A stretch of 63,946 nucleotides of DNA, counting the filler, from Octopus bimaculoides (lineage: Eukaryota), in assembly GCF_001194135.2 (NCBI RefSeq). It is 7 parts of 6 records of this genome, joined end to end, with 100 filler letters (N's around TTAATTAATTAA, not from the genome) between each part and the next. Parts side by side here need not be neighbours in the genome. Positions count along the whole stretch, not along the records: positions 37,538 to 52,459 come from NC_068985.1; 6 more parts are not named here. One strand, 5' to 3'. The notes below the pieces were generated by a model that was given only the letters and a program-made list of their open reading frames with translations, ran no database searches and was not told where the DNA came from. The position numbers and the translations under genes are program-made. Numbering within the stretch: the stretch's first letter is position 1; the number at the start of each line of letters is the position of its first letter. This document shows, piece after piece, positions 37,794 through 50,700 of the stretch.

Positions 37794-39544
37794 GTTAGTG
37801 TCCTTGATAAAAATCATTGATTTAAAAAAAAAAAACATTTTGTTGTAGTATGAAGTGGGGAAGGAGTAGTTCTACATAAACGTATCTTTCTCATGCAAAT
37901 GCGTAGGACACTTCTCACTAGATCATGTAACTCTCTTGTATCATGTTTTCTGCTTTAAGTGTGTATACAGCTGTGTATTTTTATTATTTGAATAAAATAT
38001 TGCATTTTGAAGCTGGTTAAGTTCTATTTTAGCTTTGAAATTTGAATGAGATATTTAGCGAAAATGATTAAAAAAAAAATCTAGCTTGGAAGTACTGATC
38101 ACACTGATCCTTGTGTGTACTGGAAGTACTGATCCTTCATTGATGAGGTCTAATGAAACTGAGACACATTTACATTTGTACAATCCTTTATTCCTCCCTA
38201 ATCTTCCCCAATTATGTATCATCTCTATGCAAATCTACATCCTCCATATGCTAAATCTGCATAGAGACTTTGAAATCACCTTCCTTTGGGGCTGTAATAT
38301 CTTGGCTCTTTCAACAGCAAAATCATTAGAACACTGTTTGTATCAAGAAAGCTCTATGGCACAACATCCATTGTAAATATTGGCAGTGCTCAACCAGTAT
38401 ACTTACGTTGTTGCTCCAAGAATTAGGCCTCACTATTACTGACAATCTTTCCTTACAAAAGCACATCCTTAACACATCTAGAGCTGCATCCAAAAAGACT
38501 GGCTCTTCTCTTCAGTGTCGGAAGATACTTCAGCTCTAACAATTGTTGACAAAATTCAAGTGAGACACAGAGTATTTCTTCTACATTTGACATGTACTGA
38601 ACTTCATCCAGAGAAAGGTCACTTGATAGATTGGCATAAAATCACTCACAGATACACTCTATCCTCTTTCCCATAGGTGTGCTATCAGCTCCCTTTTTTA
38701 TATCTATTTCAATGACCTTTGTTCCCCAGAGTTTTGCCACTTTTATTCATGCTTTCAACTGGCTCATCTTTTCTCTTTTCATTACCGTTCTTGACAACAC
38801 CCTTAGTCCTACATTAACCTCTATTCCCAGTTCTTTCTTCTCAAGCAACATCTCTCTGGCTTTTTCTTGCTGCTCACATTTTTCTACAGGTGTCAATTTG
38901 CATAATTTTAAATGGAACATTAATGGTCTCAAGGAGCCTACCAAGACCATTGGCAAATCCCGTGTCTCCTGACATAACAAGTAAAAAAAAAGAAAAAAAA
39001 AAAAGAAAAAAAAAAGGAAAGTACAACAAATGTTTTGTCATTTTGTCAAAAAGAATTATGTACACTATAATGGAAATTAAAGTTCTGAAATGGACAAATA
39101 TTAATTTCATTATCAGTGATTTCATTTTCATAAAACTCTTGGTAAACAAAGCTTTGTAATATAGATTTGCTTCCTGGTTGAGTCATCTCAATCTCATTTA
39201 ACCTTTCTAATCAAACCTGCTGTTAGGGATAGGCTCTCTTAATCTGAACTGTCCTCGACAAACTACATGACAAGACCTTAAGCAGTGATGGTCATTTTAG
39301 AGTTACAGGAGATTTTAGTGTCTTTTCTGTGCACTCACTCAGTAGTAGCCACTTATTGTGATCATTTCTGATGTTAGTAAATGACTGGTAAATTCAAGTA
39401 GAGGATATAACAATTATTGGGAGCTTTGATTCTTATAAGTAGATGATTTTTAACTAGTCTCATATAAAGAATTTGGAATCCACTATTTTTGATAATGACC
39501 ATTTGATAACACTTTATAATTATAATAAACATGCTTCGTAAAAA

Positions 39545-39835
39545 GCATTCATGCTGGTACCATGTCAAAAGCACTCTTGCCAGCGCTGTGCAGAAAAGAA
39601 CCCCTTCAGGTGCCATGTCAAAGCACTTGTACCAGTGTTACATATGATGCACTAGTTCTATGTACAAAACACCCATGCTGGTGCCATATAAAAAGCACCC
39701 AGTACACTCTGTAAAGTGGTTGGCATTAGGAAGAGCAAAAGCAAACAATTGGAGCCTGGCAGCTCTTCGGCTGACCAACGCCTGCCAAACTGTCGAACTA
39801 ATGCCGGCACAGGAAATGGACACTAAATGATGATC
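39545..39835 (+). mobile_element. RTE-3'UTR-derived element (degenerate)
   Basis: ggtgccatataaaaagcacccagtacactctgtaaagtggttggcattaggaag... ending in a tgatga tail. Confidence 0.7.
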
Positions 39836-41149
39836 TTCCTATATACATACATACACCGATACTGTCAATCACCCTGACAACTTAACACATCATCATCTCA
39901 TCCACCCTATTTACTAACATATGACTCCACCACTGCATCATAATTATCACCTACAACTATCACATCTGATATCTCTTTAGTTAGTGGGCTTTTTCTTTTG
40001 ATCTATGTTGGCACTGATTATATGTGATTATAGTAGATGGCTTCCACTGTATGCATGTATGGGTGTACACACACACACACACACACACTCTCACTCACAC
40101 ACACACTCTCACACACTCACTCACTCACTCACTCACTCAAAGAATTCAGTATTGTGAGTTGAGAATCAAACATTTGGTCTATTTCTGGAAGTAGATTATG
40201 AAGAAGGATGGTATTGTGTAGGGCAGACCATTCCAACCCGCGTGGGCATGGGAAATTGTCATAAAATGGTGGTGATGGTAATCTCTCTCTCTCTCTAAGA
40301 CATTTCCCAAGATGCCACTCAACAAAATTGAACCTGAAAGCATGTGGTTGGGAAGCAAACTTCTTAATCTTCACAAGTCATACCTGTGCTTTTATATATA
40401 AAATCTGTCTTGTCTCTGGGAAACTCATTCGGCTACAAAAAAAGCTGCCTTAGAAAACCTATCGAAACCAACAATGCACATAAAATGATAATAATATATA
40501 AAATTTCTAAGTAAACCAAATGTTTGATTCTTTAATTGCAATGCTGCTCATGGTATCATTCTATCTCTTTAACTTCAGGTTTTCAACTCCTACGTTGCTT
40601 TATATCAAAACAAAATATTTCTTTCATATACCAAATGTTTAAATTTTTGTTTTACTTTATGATGCATTTTGTGATTATCATTAACATCTAATCTAAATTA
40701 AGTCGCCTCATTTGCACTGCTTCAAGCTTTTACTGTTTAAATTTGACAGCTAGTTCTAACTCATTAAGCTGCTGACATCAATAATTTCACTGTTGATGAC
40801 TTTTGGTAGTATCTCTTAAAATACTTTACTGCTGATATTATGTTATATCTTTAGCTAATCTTTTCTGAATTACAAACATCCACACAGCTGGTGCTTAACT
40901 CTGGTTTCCATAGCATTGATGAAATGAGTGCTGAAGTAAAATCTATCCACTGGTCTAATGATGTACAAGGAAATGACCTCATTGCTGTGAACTGTAGAGT
41001 TACTGCTACTGTTTGTGCCAGTATCTTGTAATGATACCTACTGAGACCAAGATTATCTCAGTTAGTCATGGGCTACCTGTGGTACACAGGAATTTCTGAA
41101 TGGCACATCTAACAAAAAAATTGCCATCACATTTTTTTTTAGCACACTA

Positions 41150-41310
41150 GTGCCACGTTAAAAGTGCTTGTGCCAGTGCTATGTTAAAAGCACCCAGCAT
41201 AAACTGTAAAGTGGTTGGTGTTAGGAAGGGCATCCAGTTGTAGAAACCAAGCCAAATTAGCTATCCAACCCATACCAGCATGGATAACAGATGTCAAAAG
41301 ATGATGATGT
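41150..41310 (+). mobile_element. RTE-3'UTR-derived element (short)
   Basis: aaaagcacccag...gtggttggtgttaggaagggcatccag...ccaacccataccagcatgga...gatgatgat. Confidence 0.7.
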
Positions 41311-42454
41311 GGCTTTCCTAATGAGCCATGTCCCATGTAAACTGCTTCCTGAAATAGGTTGTCCCTGCCTGCTCTAACCTGTTGGGGGCTATGACAGGAT
41401 ACAAACTATTTTCTGCACCACTTCAGTTAGGTGTCCAGTATTGTATTGACTTATCCTCTTGCTATGCTTAATTACTCATTATTAGCTTCTATGTAGACAT
41501 TTGATCAATTAAAAATAGCAGCCAAATATTCCTAAAAATCACATCCTACCATTTTGAGTCATGGGTATGGATGTCTATTTATGTAGTTTGCTTCATAGTT
41601 AGATGATTTCTGGTTCAATTCCACTGCATGACAATGTGGGCAAGTGTTTTATCCCATAACCTCAGATTGACCAAAGCCTTCTGAGTGAAATTTGGTTGAC
41701 AGAAACTATATGGAAGTCTGAGGAATCATTCTTATCCTTGATCAGTTGCATGTTTTAACACCCCTACCTGGGCTCATGAGTGCTTTTAGGGGAATCCAAA
41801 ATATTGCAAATATTCAAATTGGGTTTCTGGTCTGAGAGCAACCCTTTCCTGTCAGTCTGAGAGTCCCTGGAAAAGAGTCATGAACACTGACACATCTCTT
41901 CCGACTACGCAGTTAATACATACATGCACACACAGACACAGACAGACAATGTTCTAGATGCTCTGTCTGAAATACAAGAAAGGGTGGTCACAGTTGGAAC
42001 ATCAGTGATAATAGGATACCTTGTTCAGGGCAGACTTGGGCTTAAACACCAGTGATTGTGTTTTTTATGTTCTGAATTCAAATACCACTGTGCTTGACTT
42101 TATCTTTCTTCCTTTTGGGGGTCAATAAAATAAATAATGTTTGTTTGTGTGTCTATGTTATGATAAATAACTCAAATTCTTCTGAGATTTTTAAAGCAAA
42201 GACATTTATTTTTATCGTTAAAAAAATGTTCCTGTTGCTACCACCATCAACACGATGTTTGCACCAACATAACTTGAAGCTTTTTGTTGTTGGACTAGGT
42301 TTGATAGTCGTTGCTGGTGTGAATTTCTTGATGTAAGCTGTTTATGGTATGCTGCTGCTACTATCATCTGCTATTTTTGTGTTGTATCAGTTATTTCTTT
42401 ACTACCCACAAGGGGCTACATGCAGAGGGGACAAACAAGGACAGACAAAGGAAT

Positions 42455-42622
42455 TAAGTCGATTACATCGACTCCAGTGCGTAACTGGTACTTATTTAAT
42501 CGACCCCGAAAGGATGAAAGGCAAAGTCAACCTCGGCGGAATTTGAACTCAGAACGTAGCGGCAGACGAAATACCGCTAAGCATTTTGCCCAGCAGGCTA
42601 ACGTTTCTGCCAGCTCGCCGCC
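42455..42622 (-). mobile_element. SINE family B, young copy
   Basis: Near-consensus with CpGs intact inside a CpG-poor intron. Confidence 0.85.
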
Positions 42623-43154
42623 TGTGTTGTATCAGTGCTCCCAATTTGCTGCTGGTTCACTGCTTCTGTCTACTATGTCTCTTCTGTTGTCTGCTGCCTC
42701 TAGGTTTTTTTGTAGTGGCTAAAATGTGGTGGTCTTAGTCAGAAAAAGTGCACCAAAGATGAAATTCTTATTAGATCTGGTTCCACATGAAGTCTTTAAT
42801 GGTCATATTATTTTTATAATAGTAATACTTTAGGGAACATGGTCATGCTTTTTAATTGGTTTGTTTTTTTTGCATCAGATGTAGTGATCTGGGTTGATTC
42901 CTAATTTTTGCAATTGCTAAATATTTCCCCCATTCAGAATTTTTATTGAAATTCAGAGTTTCTCTTTGCAAGTTGGTTTTCAAGCCTCTGTGATCTTCAG
43001 GTGAGAACTGTTATAATTTGGTACTGGTGGTGTACTTCTTTCCTTTGGTGTGTGTGTGTGTGTGTGTGTGAACTATTGCTTGTATTTGTTTATTGATTGG
43101 GTGCTGTTTTTCTGACCCCTTCATTGGTTGTTTACTTTATTTTTGTGTGAAGTC

Positions 43155-45010
43155 TACTTCTTGTCATCTTCATCATCGTTTAACGTCTGCTTTCCATGCT
43201 GGCATGGGTTGGACGGTTTGAGTGAGGGCTGGCAAGCCAGAAGGCTGCACCAGACTTAATCCAATCTGGCAAAGTTTCTACAGCTGGATGTCCTTCCTAA
43301 AGCCAACCACTCCAAGAATGTAGTGGGTGCTTTTTATGTGCCACCAGCATGAGGGCCAGTCAGGCGTTACTGGCATCAACCACGTTTCAATGGTGCTTTT
43401 TACGTGCCACTGGCATGGGAGCCAGTCAGGTGACACTCGCATCGACCATGCTCGAATGGCACTTTTTACGTGCCACTGGCAGTACTGTCATTGGCCATGA
43501 CAACAATTTTACTTGCCTCAACAGGTCTTCGCAAGCACAATTTATTGCCCATTGATTGAAGGGTACTGTTAAATGGGCTGGTTATGCTGCACTGGCATAG
43601 GCCACGGTTATGGTCTCACTTGGCTTGCCAGGTCTTCTCAAGCACAGCATATCTCGAAAAGTCTTGTCATTGCCTCAACGAGGCCTAAAGTTTAAGGGTC
43701 GTGCTTCACCACTTCATCCCAGGTCTTCCTGGGTCTACCTCTTCCACACGTTCCCTCTACTGCTAGGGTGTGACACTTTTGCACACAGTTGTCCTCATCC
43801 ATATGCAACACATGACCATACCAGTGCAGTTGACTCTCTTGCACACCACATCTGATGCTTCTTATGTCCAACTTTTCTCTCAGGGTGCTTACACTCTGTC
43901 GTGTATGCACACTGACATTACACATCCAGTGGAGCATACTAGCTTCATTCCTTGCTAGCTTACGCATGTCCTCAGCAATCACAGCCCATGTTTCACTGAC
44001 ATGCAGCAAGGCTGTTTGCACACGTGTCATACATTCTACCTTTTACTCTGAGCGAGAGGCCCTTTGTCACCAGCAGAGGTAGGAGCTCTCTGAACTTTGC
44101 CCAGGCAATTCTTATTCTAGCAGCTACACTCTCAGAGCATCTACCCCTACTACTGACTTGGTCACCTAGGTAACGGAAGCTCTCGACTACTTGTAGTTTT
44201 TCCCCTTGGAATGTGACAGAAGCTGTTCTCTGCACATTTTCAGTATTTATTGCCCCTAAGCATTTGTCACACACAAAAACATATCTTCCCAGTTAGTCTT
44301 CCTTTGATATTGCTGCACCTCTTATGTGTCCATAGCTTACACCAGGTACATTTTATGACCTTTTCTACAGATCGAGCAGGGCCATCTACTTGAAGGGATT
44401 TGTAGTTTGTCTGCCTTCCTACTTATTAAGACTTTGGTTTTTGTTAGATTGACTCTAAGGCCCTTCGATTCTAGACCTTGCTTCCACATCTGAAACTTCT
44501 CCTCTAGTTCTGATAGTGACTCAGCTATTAGAGCAAGATCATCAGCATAGAGAGGTTCCAAGGGGCATCCTGTCTTGAATTTCTCTGTCATTGCCTGGAG
44601 GACTATGATGAATAAGAGGAGGCTTCGGACTGATCCTTGGTGGACCCCTACCTCTACCTGGAATTCTTCACTACTCATTGCCAACCCTCACCTTACTGAC
44701 AGCATCCCTGTACATGGCTCACACAGCTCTCACTAACCACTCATCTATCCCTAGTTTCCTCATTGACCACCAGATAAGGGATGGGGGGACCCTATCAAAG
44801 GCTTTCTCCATGTCAATGAAAGCCAGGTACAGAGGTTTATCTTTGGCTAGGTATTTCTCCTGCAGCTGTCTTACCAGAAATATAGCATCAGTGGTGCTTT
44901 TCCCTGGAACAAACCCAAACTGCATCTCATCTAAGCTGACTCTCTCCCTAATTAGTTGAGCTAAGACCCTCTCTGTGACTTTCATTACCTGATCCAACAA
45001 CTTGGTACCT
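43155..45010 (-). mobile_element. 5'-truncated RTE LINE (RT, C-terminus and 3' UTR) in the EIF4E3 intron
   Basis: GTKLLDQVMKV.ERV...QFGFVPGKSTTDAIF..RQLQEK...AFIDMEKAFDRVP; EVGVHQGSV...LYADDLAL; VESFRYLGDQVS; WYGHVLHMDE...GRGRPRKTW; 3' UTR with about 65-bp repeats and a (GAT)n end. Confidence 0.95.
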
Positions 45011-46311
45011 CTTGTATTTCTTGTAATTGTTGATAGAGGTGTAGTCTTGTGCTTGTGTTTGTTCAATGGTTTGCACTTTGTGCTTCTTAATGGGGTGTTT
45101 TTTACCCATTGGTTGTTTGGTTTATTTTTTGAGATGTGGTGTTTGTATTTTTTGTAATTGTAAGCAGGAAGGTATTTAATTAGTTTGTTTAGGATTTGTT
45201 CCTGAGTTGGTGATGGGGTGTATGTTTTTCTTTGAGTGTGTGAGTAAGGTGATAAATGTTGTTTTCAGAAAGGTTATTTATGACAGGGTTAGCTGTAAAA
45301 GTAATTGCCAATAGCTACGTCTCTGATAAATGGTGCTTTCAAGACTGAGTAATATTTGAGGGATTGTTCTATCAATAAAAACGTTTTTGTTTGTTTGTTT
45401 GTTTGTTGGCAATGAAATTTTGTTTTCATGTTCTTAAAAAGATGTATGTGGTTGTTTAAATTTCCTTACAGTTTTCTGTTTGATTTTTTTTTTTAAGGAA
45501 AAATGTAGGTTATGTGTGTGTGAGAGTTTGTGGTCATTTGATTTTGGTCTGTTTTGTGCATGGCTGGGATGGGGGTTTGTTATGTTGCCTGTGGTCATAG
45601 AACATTTAAATAATATACTTGTGTGCATGTGCATGCACACACACACACACACACACACATACGTATGTATGTATGTGGAGGTATGGCTGTGTGGTTAAGA
45701 AATTTGCTTCTCAGCCACATGGTTTTAGGTCTAGTCTCATTCCATGGTACCTTGGGCAAATGTCTTCTACTTTAGTTTCCGGCTGACCAAAACCTTGTAA
45801 GTGAATTTGGTAGACAAAAACTGAAAGTAGCCCATCACACACACACACACACACACACACTTTCACGTGTGTGTGTGTGTTTGTTTGTGTCTCCTTGTCT
45901 TGACATTGTCTGATAGTTGTAAATAAGTGTCACCACCATAGAAGTACTGTCCTTCATTGCTGTGTCCTTCATTATCCTTCAATGCTGCGCAGGAAAAATG
46001 TGTTGAACTACAAACAATATTTTTTGTTGGCAATTACCTTTCAACAAATTGTCTGCTTGCTTCGTGCTTTTGAATCTAAGTGGAATGAGAATCTTTTACT
46101 TGAGGAAACAGGTGAGGGTTAACTACAGGGAAGGTATACAGCTGTAAAAAGACAATGCTTCAATAATGTGTACATGTCTAACCCATGGAAGTGTAGGGAA
46201 AAATGGATATAAAATGTGAATGAAAAATTATAAATTTTATCAATCTGAAATTTTAGACTGAAAAATATTTTGAATTAAAATTCTCAAACAGTATTTGTTT
46301 TATTATTTCAG

Positions 46312-46367
46312 CCTTTGCTACACATGAAGCATTTGAAGGAGTTAAGGATGCTGTAGGAGTTGTCTAA
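46312..46367 (+). CDS. EIF4E3: eIF4E3 terminal coding exon
   Basis: ttttattatttcag acceptor; phase-compatible with the previous exon, giving YYK-AFATHEAFEGVKDAVGVV-stop, compared with mammalian FYKPHEEHHAFEG. Confidence 0.85.
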
Positions 46368-46519
46368 AATATACATTCACTTGGTTTTGAAGTTGGCATA
46401 ATTGTTTTCCATATCGAGAAGGTAACCAACCTGTTTTTAACTACACACACACATGCATAAATGTAAATAGCTGATAGGTTTAGACTTGATAACACTCATT
46501 TGCAAAGTCTTATATATAG

Positions 46520-46529
46520 AATAAATAAA
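46520..46529 (+). promoter_or_regulatory. Candidate polyadenylation signal (overlapping AATAAA x2)
   Basis: aataaataaa about 150 nt after the stop codon; common motif in AT-rich DNA, so weak. Confidence 0.35.
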
Positions 46530-47599
46530 AGAAAAATCTCATTTCACCATATTAAGCTCATGTGCAGTTAACGATAAGCCTGAAAGGCAGTTGAACTGAT
46601 GTTATTACAAGAAATATGGCACAAGTAAATCCAGAGACCTAGTCTGCATTGATATATCAATATTAGTAACAAACATATCGGTAGTACAAATGTGTCTCAG
46701 TTCTGTGTTTAATGCATACTTTGCATGAAAAATCTTGATTGTGTGATATCCACAATATTGACTTTACAGAAGTGTACATTTAAAGCTCAGACTGATAAAG
46801 TTTGAAGACCCAATGGCATAGTGTAAGGTGAGCAGACTGCACAAGGGGGTCTGCTTACCTTTGAGGGATGAGGCAAATATGTTAAAGGTATATTATGTTT
46901 AAGGAAGTGGGTGGCCTGAAACCATGCTATGTCACTGCAGAGGTCACTTCTGAATTCGAGTTTTGTTTTGTATGCCTGAAATTTTACCATGTGTTATATA
47001 CAGCAATTATGATAATCGACTAAATGCTTTTTCCCTACATCATATACAAAAAAAAAAAAAAAATCAGTGTATATCATATATGAGATGCTTTTTCCTGGAT
47101 ATCATTGACTGTAATTACAGGTGCACATTATGTGTATATTGCATGTGGACACAACACTTTAGAATTGTTGTTGGGTAGAAATGCTAGGTCACTGGATTTT
47201 CATGCTTTACTGAAGTCACATCCAACTGTGGTAACTGACTGTCTTTCATCCATCCAGGGTCAATAAAACAACACTGATATATTAGGTTCAATCAATTGTA
47301 CAATTTCTTCCTTGAGAAATCAATATCTTGAATGTGTTTGTAGGGCAACAAGAACACCAGATTAAATTCATTAGCATCTTCAACTGTTTATTCCTTTATA
47401 GGGTAAGCTCAAATATTGACCTTGTTTTTCACTGCGTCATGGGTGACTGAGTAAATGCTTATAGGGTTGCTAGATCAATTTCATAAAAAGTAGCACAAGA
47501 TTTTCAAAAATGAGTGAATAGTGATATAGAATAATCTAAAATGAAAATTTTGCCAGTGAATAATTTAGGAATTTCCTGTAGATCAGTTCATATATATAT

Positions 47600-47958
47600 A
47601 TGTATATCCATTGGCACTCCATCGCTTACGATGTTGAGGGTTCCAGTTGATCCGATCAATGGAACAGCCTGCTCATGAAATTAACGTGCAAGTGGCTGAG
47701 CACTCCACAGACACTTGTACCCTTAATGCAGTTCTCGGGGATATTCAGCGTGACACAGTGTGACAAGGCTGACCCTTTGAATTACAGGCACAACAGAAAC
47801 AGGAAGTAAGAGTGAGAGAAAGTTGTGGTGGAAGAGTACAGCAGGGTTCACCACCATCCCCTGCCGGAGCCATGTGGAGCTTTAGGTGTTTTCGCTCAAT
47901 AAACACTCACAACGCCCGGTCTGGGAATCGAAACTGTGATCCTATGACTGCGAGTCTG
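47600..47958 (-). mobile_element. SINE family C
   Basis: Minus-strand head with B-box-like gtttcgattccc; body shared with 9693-9950. Confidence 0.75.
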
Positions 47959-48699
47959 NNNNNNNNNNNNNNNNNNNNNNNNNNNNNNNNNNNNNNNNNN
48001 NNNNNNNNNNNNNNNNNNNNNNNNNNNNNNNNNNNNNNNNNNNNNNNNNNNNNNNNNNNNNNNNNNNNNNNNNNNNNNNNNNNNNNNNNNNNNNNNNNNN
48101 NNNNNNNNNNNNNNNNNNNNNNNNNNNNNNNNNNNNNNNNNNNNNNNNNNNNNNNNNNNNNNNNNNNNNNNNNNNNNNNNNNNNNNNNNNNNNNNNNNNN
48201 NNNNNNNNNNNNNNNNNNNNNNNNNNNNNNNNNNNNNNNNNNNNNNNNNNNNNNNNNNNNNNNNNNNNNNNNNNNNNNNNNNNNNNNNNNNNNNNNNNNN
48301 NNNNNNNNNNNNNNNNNNAAACACACACACACACTCTGTCTAGTTTCTGTGATTGAAGAGGAGATAACCACTTTGAAATGCTTTTCTGTTCTTTCTTCAT
48401 GTCTTGGTGGGTAGTGTTTAGCATATATGGACTGGTAATAATCTTGTATTTATACACAACACTGCCTAGCACTGCTACTCTGTAGTGATTGGCTGCAAGC
48501 TGGTTTTAATCATTTAGTTGATTCTTACCTTTTAAAAACTAAAATCTTTAAGTCATCTTAGCTGACAAAAAAAAAAAAAAATGGAAATAAAAAGTAGCAC
48601 GCAGTTTCATAATCTGTCGCTTGTATACCACTGCAGCACCCTGCTGTGCTAATAAATATTGTGCTAATAAAGTTGGCTTTGTTGACTGTCATGGATGAG

Positions 48700-49520
48700 T
48701 AATCTATGCCTTGTATTCCTGAAGTGGAATGCAAGAAATGTCTGGTTGCCAAACCTAGACCTACATATTTTCACTCACTCATTCTCTGTCTCTCTCATTT
48801 TTGTAATGATGTGACAGTTTAGTTGAATATTACATGTCCTGCAGCACAGTGATCTGTCAATGTCTATCATCTTTGGTTTCTTTGTGTGATTATTGTAGGG
48901 TGCCAAAGGAAAAGAGGTTGCTTGCTGCTTGCTCAACCTACCTTCATTTCTTGGAGGTAGAGGACAACGGATTGTCTCACGTAATCCTCTCATAGTGCAA
49001 TGTAACCAATTAAGAGTGGGGCAGTGGGATAGCATGAGTTCTCAGTATTTGGTGGGGTGGGGGTCACTAACGTAGCTAGAGGGGGCAGAGGGGCAGTCCA
49101 TCCCAGGTGGCACTTATATGGGGGCACCACTTTTGGGTCTACTGTAGGCAATATGTATTTTTTATGGGGGCCCAGGGGTGGCAAACTGAAGGGCCGCCCT
49201 GGGCAGCACATACTCTAGCTATGCTAGTGGGTGTGGTGTGGCTTTCTGATACTCAGTCTTCCACCATCTTCTATAATGCATTGTGACCACAGTCCAGTTG
49301 TTCAGCAAGTTCACAGAGTGTGATTCAGCTACCTGTGCAGATCATTTTGTCCTTTAGCTGGCAATTTGTGTCAGTGATAACAATTGAAGGCTTGCATGGT
49401 TTGTCTTCAATGCTGGCTTCCCCTTCTGTAAATTTCTTCATTCATCTGCACATATTGCCTTTGTTTCAATTAATTTTGAAACGGGAATTTAGTTTCATAG
49501 AATGAGGGGCAATTTCAGGT
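48700..49520 (-). pseudogene. Highly decayed mariner transposase
   Basis: Minus strand: MKKFTEGEASIEDKP..SIVITDTN....DKMI...RITLCELAEQLDCGHNAL resembles mariner KFKEGxTSIEDxPRSGRP...ITxRELA; later H-Y-E and RQS remnants. Confidence 0.5.
49065..49229. mobile_element. hAT-like MITE nested in the mariner relic
   Basis: 17-bp TIR cactaacgtagctagag / ctctagctatgctagtg; G-rich interior; imperfect flanking 8-mers ggtggggt / ggtgtggt. Confidence 0.7.
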
Positions 49521-49994
49521 GGGTTCATATGAAAAAGGAATTTATTGGAATTCAATTCACATTAACATCCACCATCCCTTATATCCCTTGCAGAATTTGA
49601 ATTTGTATTTAGTGAAAAGAAATTTAATATTTTGAAAATTACTTTTAAAATATGTGTAAATTCTTTACATTACTGTTTTGTTTATTTTTCAGGTCTCTGT
49701 CTTGTGAAAAAAAAAAAAAAACCTGAAAAAAAATGTCACCTATGAATGCCAATACCAACCTGTGAGCCGATTGTCTGCAATATTTAAGTATCTCACTTCT
49801 ATCTCTTCTAAAGCAGTTTTTTGTTTTCATTTCAAAAGCAATAAAACTGACTTTTTTTTTTAATAATTTTAATTTTAGTCTGGAATGGGAAATTTTTTAT
49901 TTAACTAAATGAGTTAGGTTGGTGATGGTGGTGTGGGCTTATAAAAGTATTTTAAAATCTGTAATTGAAATTCTAACTCAAACTGAAATTTAAT

Positions 49995-50647
49995 AATAGT
50001 TTCAAATTTTGGCTCAAGGCCAGTAAGTTCAGGGGAAAGTATAAGTTAATTACATCTACACCAGTGTTCAACTGGTGCTTATTTCATTGACCCTGACCGG
50101 ATGAAAAAGGTAAAGTTGACTTCAGTAGAATCTGAACTCAAAACATGAAGATGGATGAAATGGCACTAAGCATTTTGCCCAGCATGCTAACAGTTCTGCC
50201 AGCTTGCTTCCATAATTTCAGTTTAAGCATAAATCCATAAATTTTTGGGAATAGGAATTGTCACTTCCATTGATTCCAGCACTCAACTGGTTCTTTACAT
50301 TATCAGCCCCAGAAGGGTGATGTTGAGTTTGGCCAGATTTGGATGCAGAATGTAAAGAGCTGGGATAAATACTGCTCTAATGATTCTGCTAATCCATGTC
50401 ACTCGATAATAATTCTGAGTTAGATACAAGGCCAGCACTTTTGAGGGAGGGGCTAGTTGATTACATCAGTTCCAATATTTAACTAGTACTATATTCTATC
50501 AACACTAAAAGAATTAAAAGTAAAGTTAGTTTCAGCAGGATTTGAACTCAGAACATATAAAGCTGCAAGAAATATTTTTGTCAGGTATTTTGCTGAATCT
50601 CTAATGATTCTGGTTACTCACTATATGAATATAGCAACTACCACTAT

Positions 50648-50700
<53 letters not shown>

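Noticed and set aside
38080-38960. Possible LINE endonuclease relic on the minus strand
   Set aside because: Only vague resemblance with many stops; cannot be supported without a search
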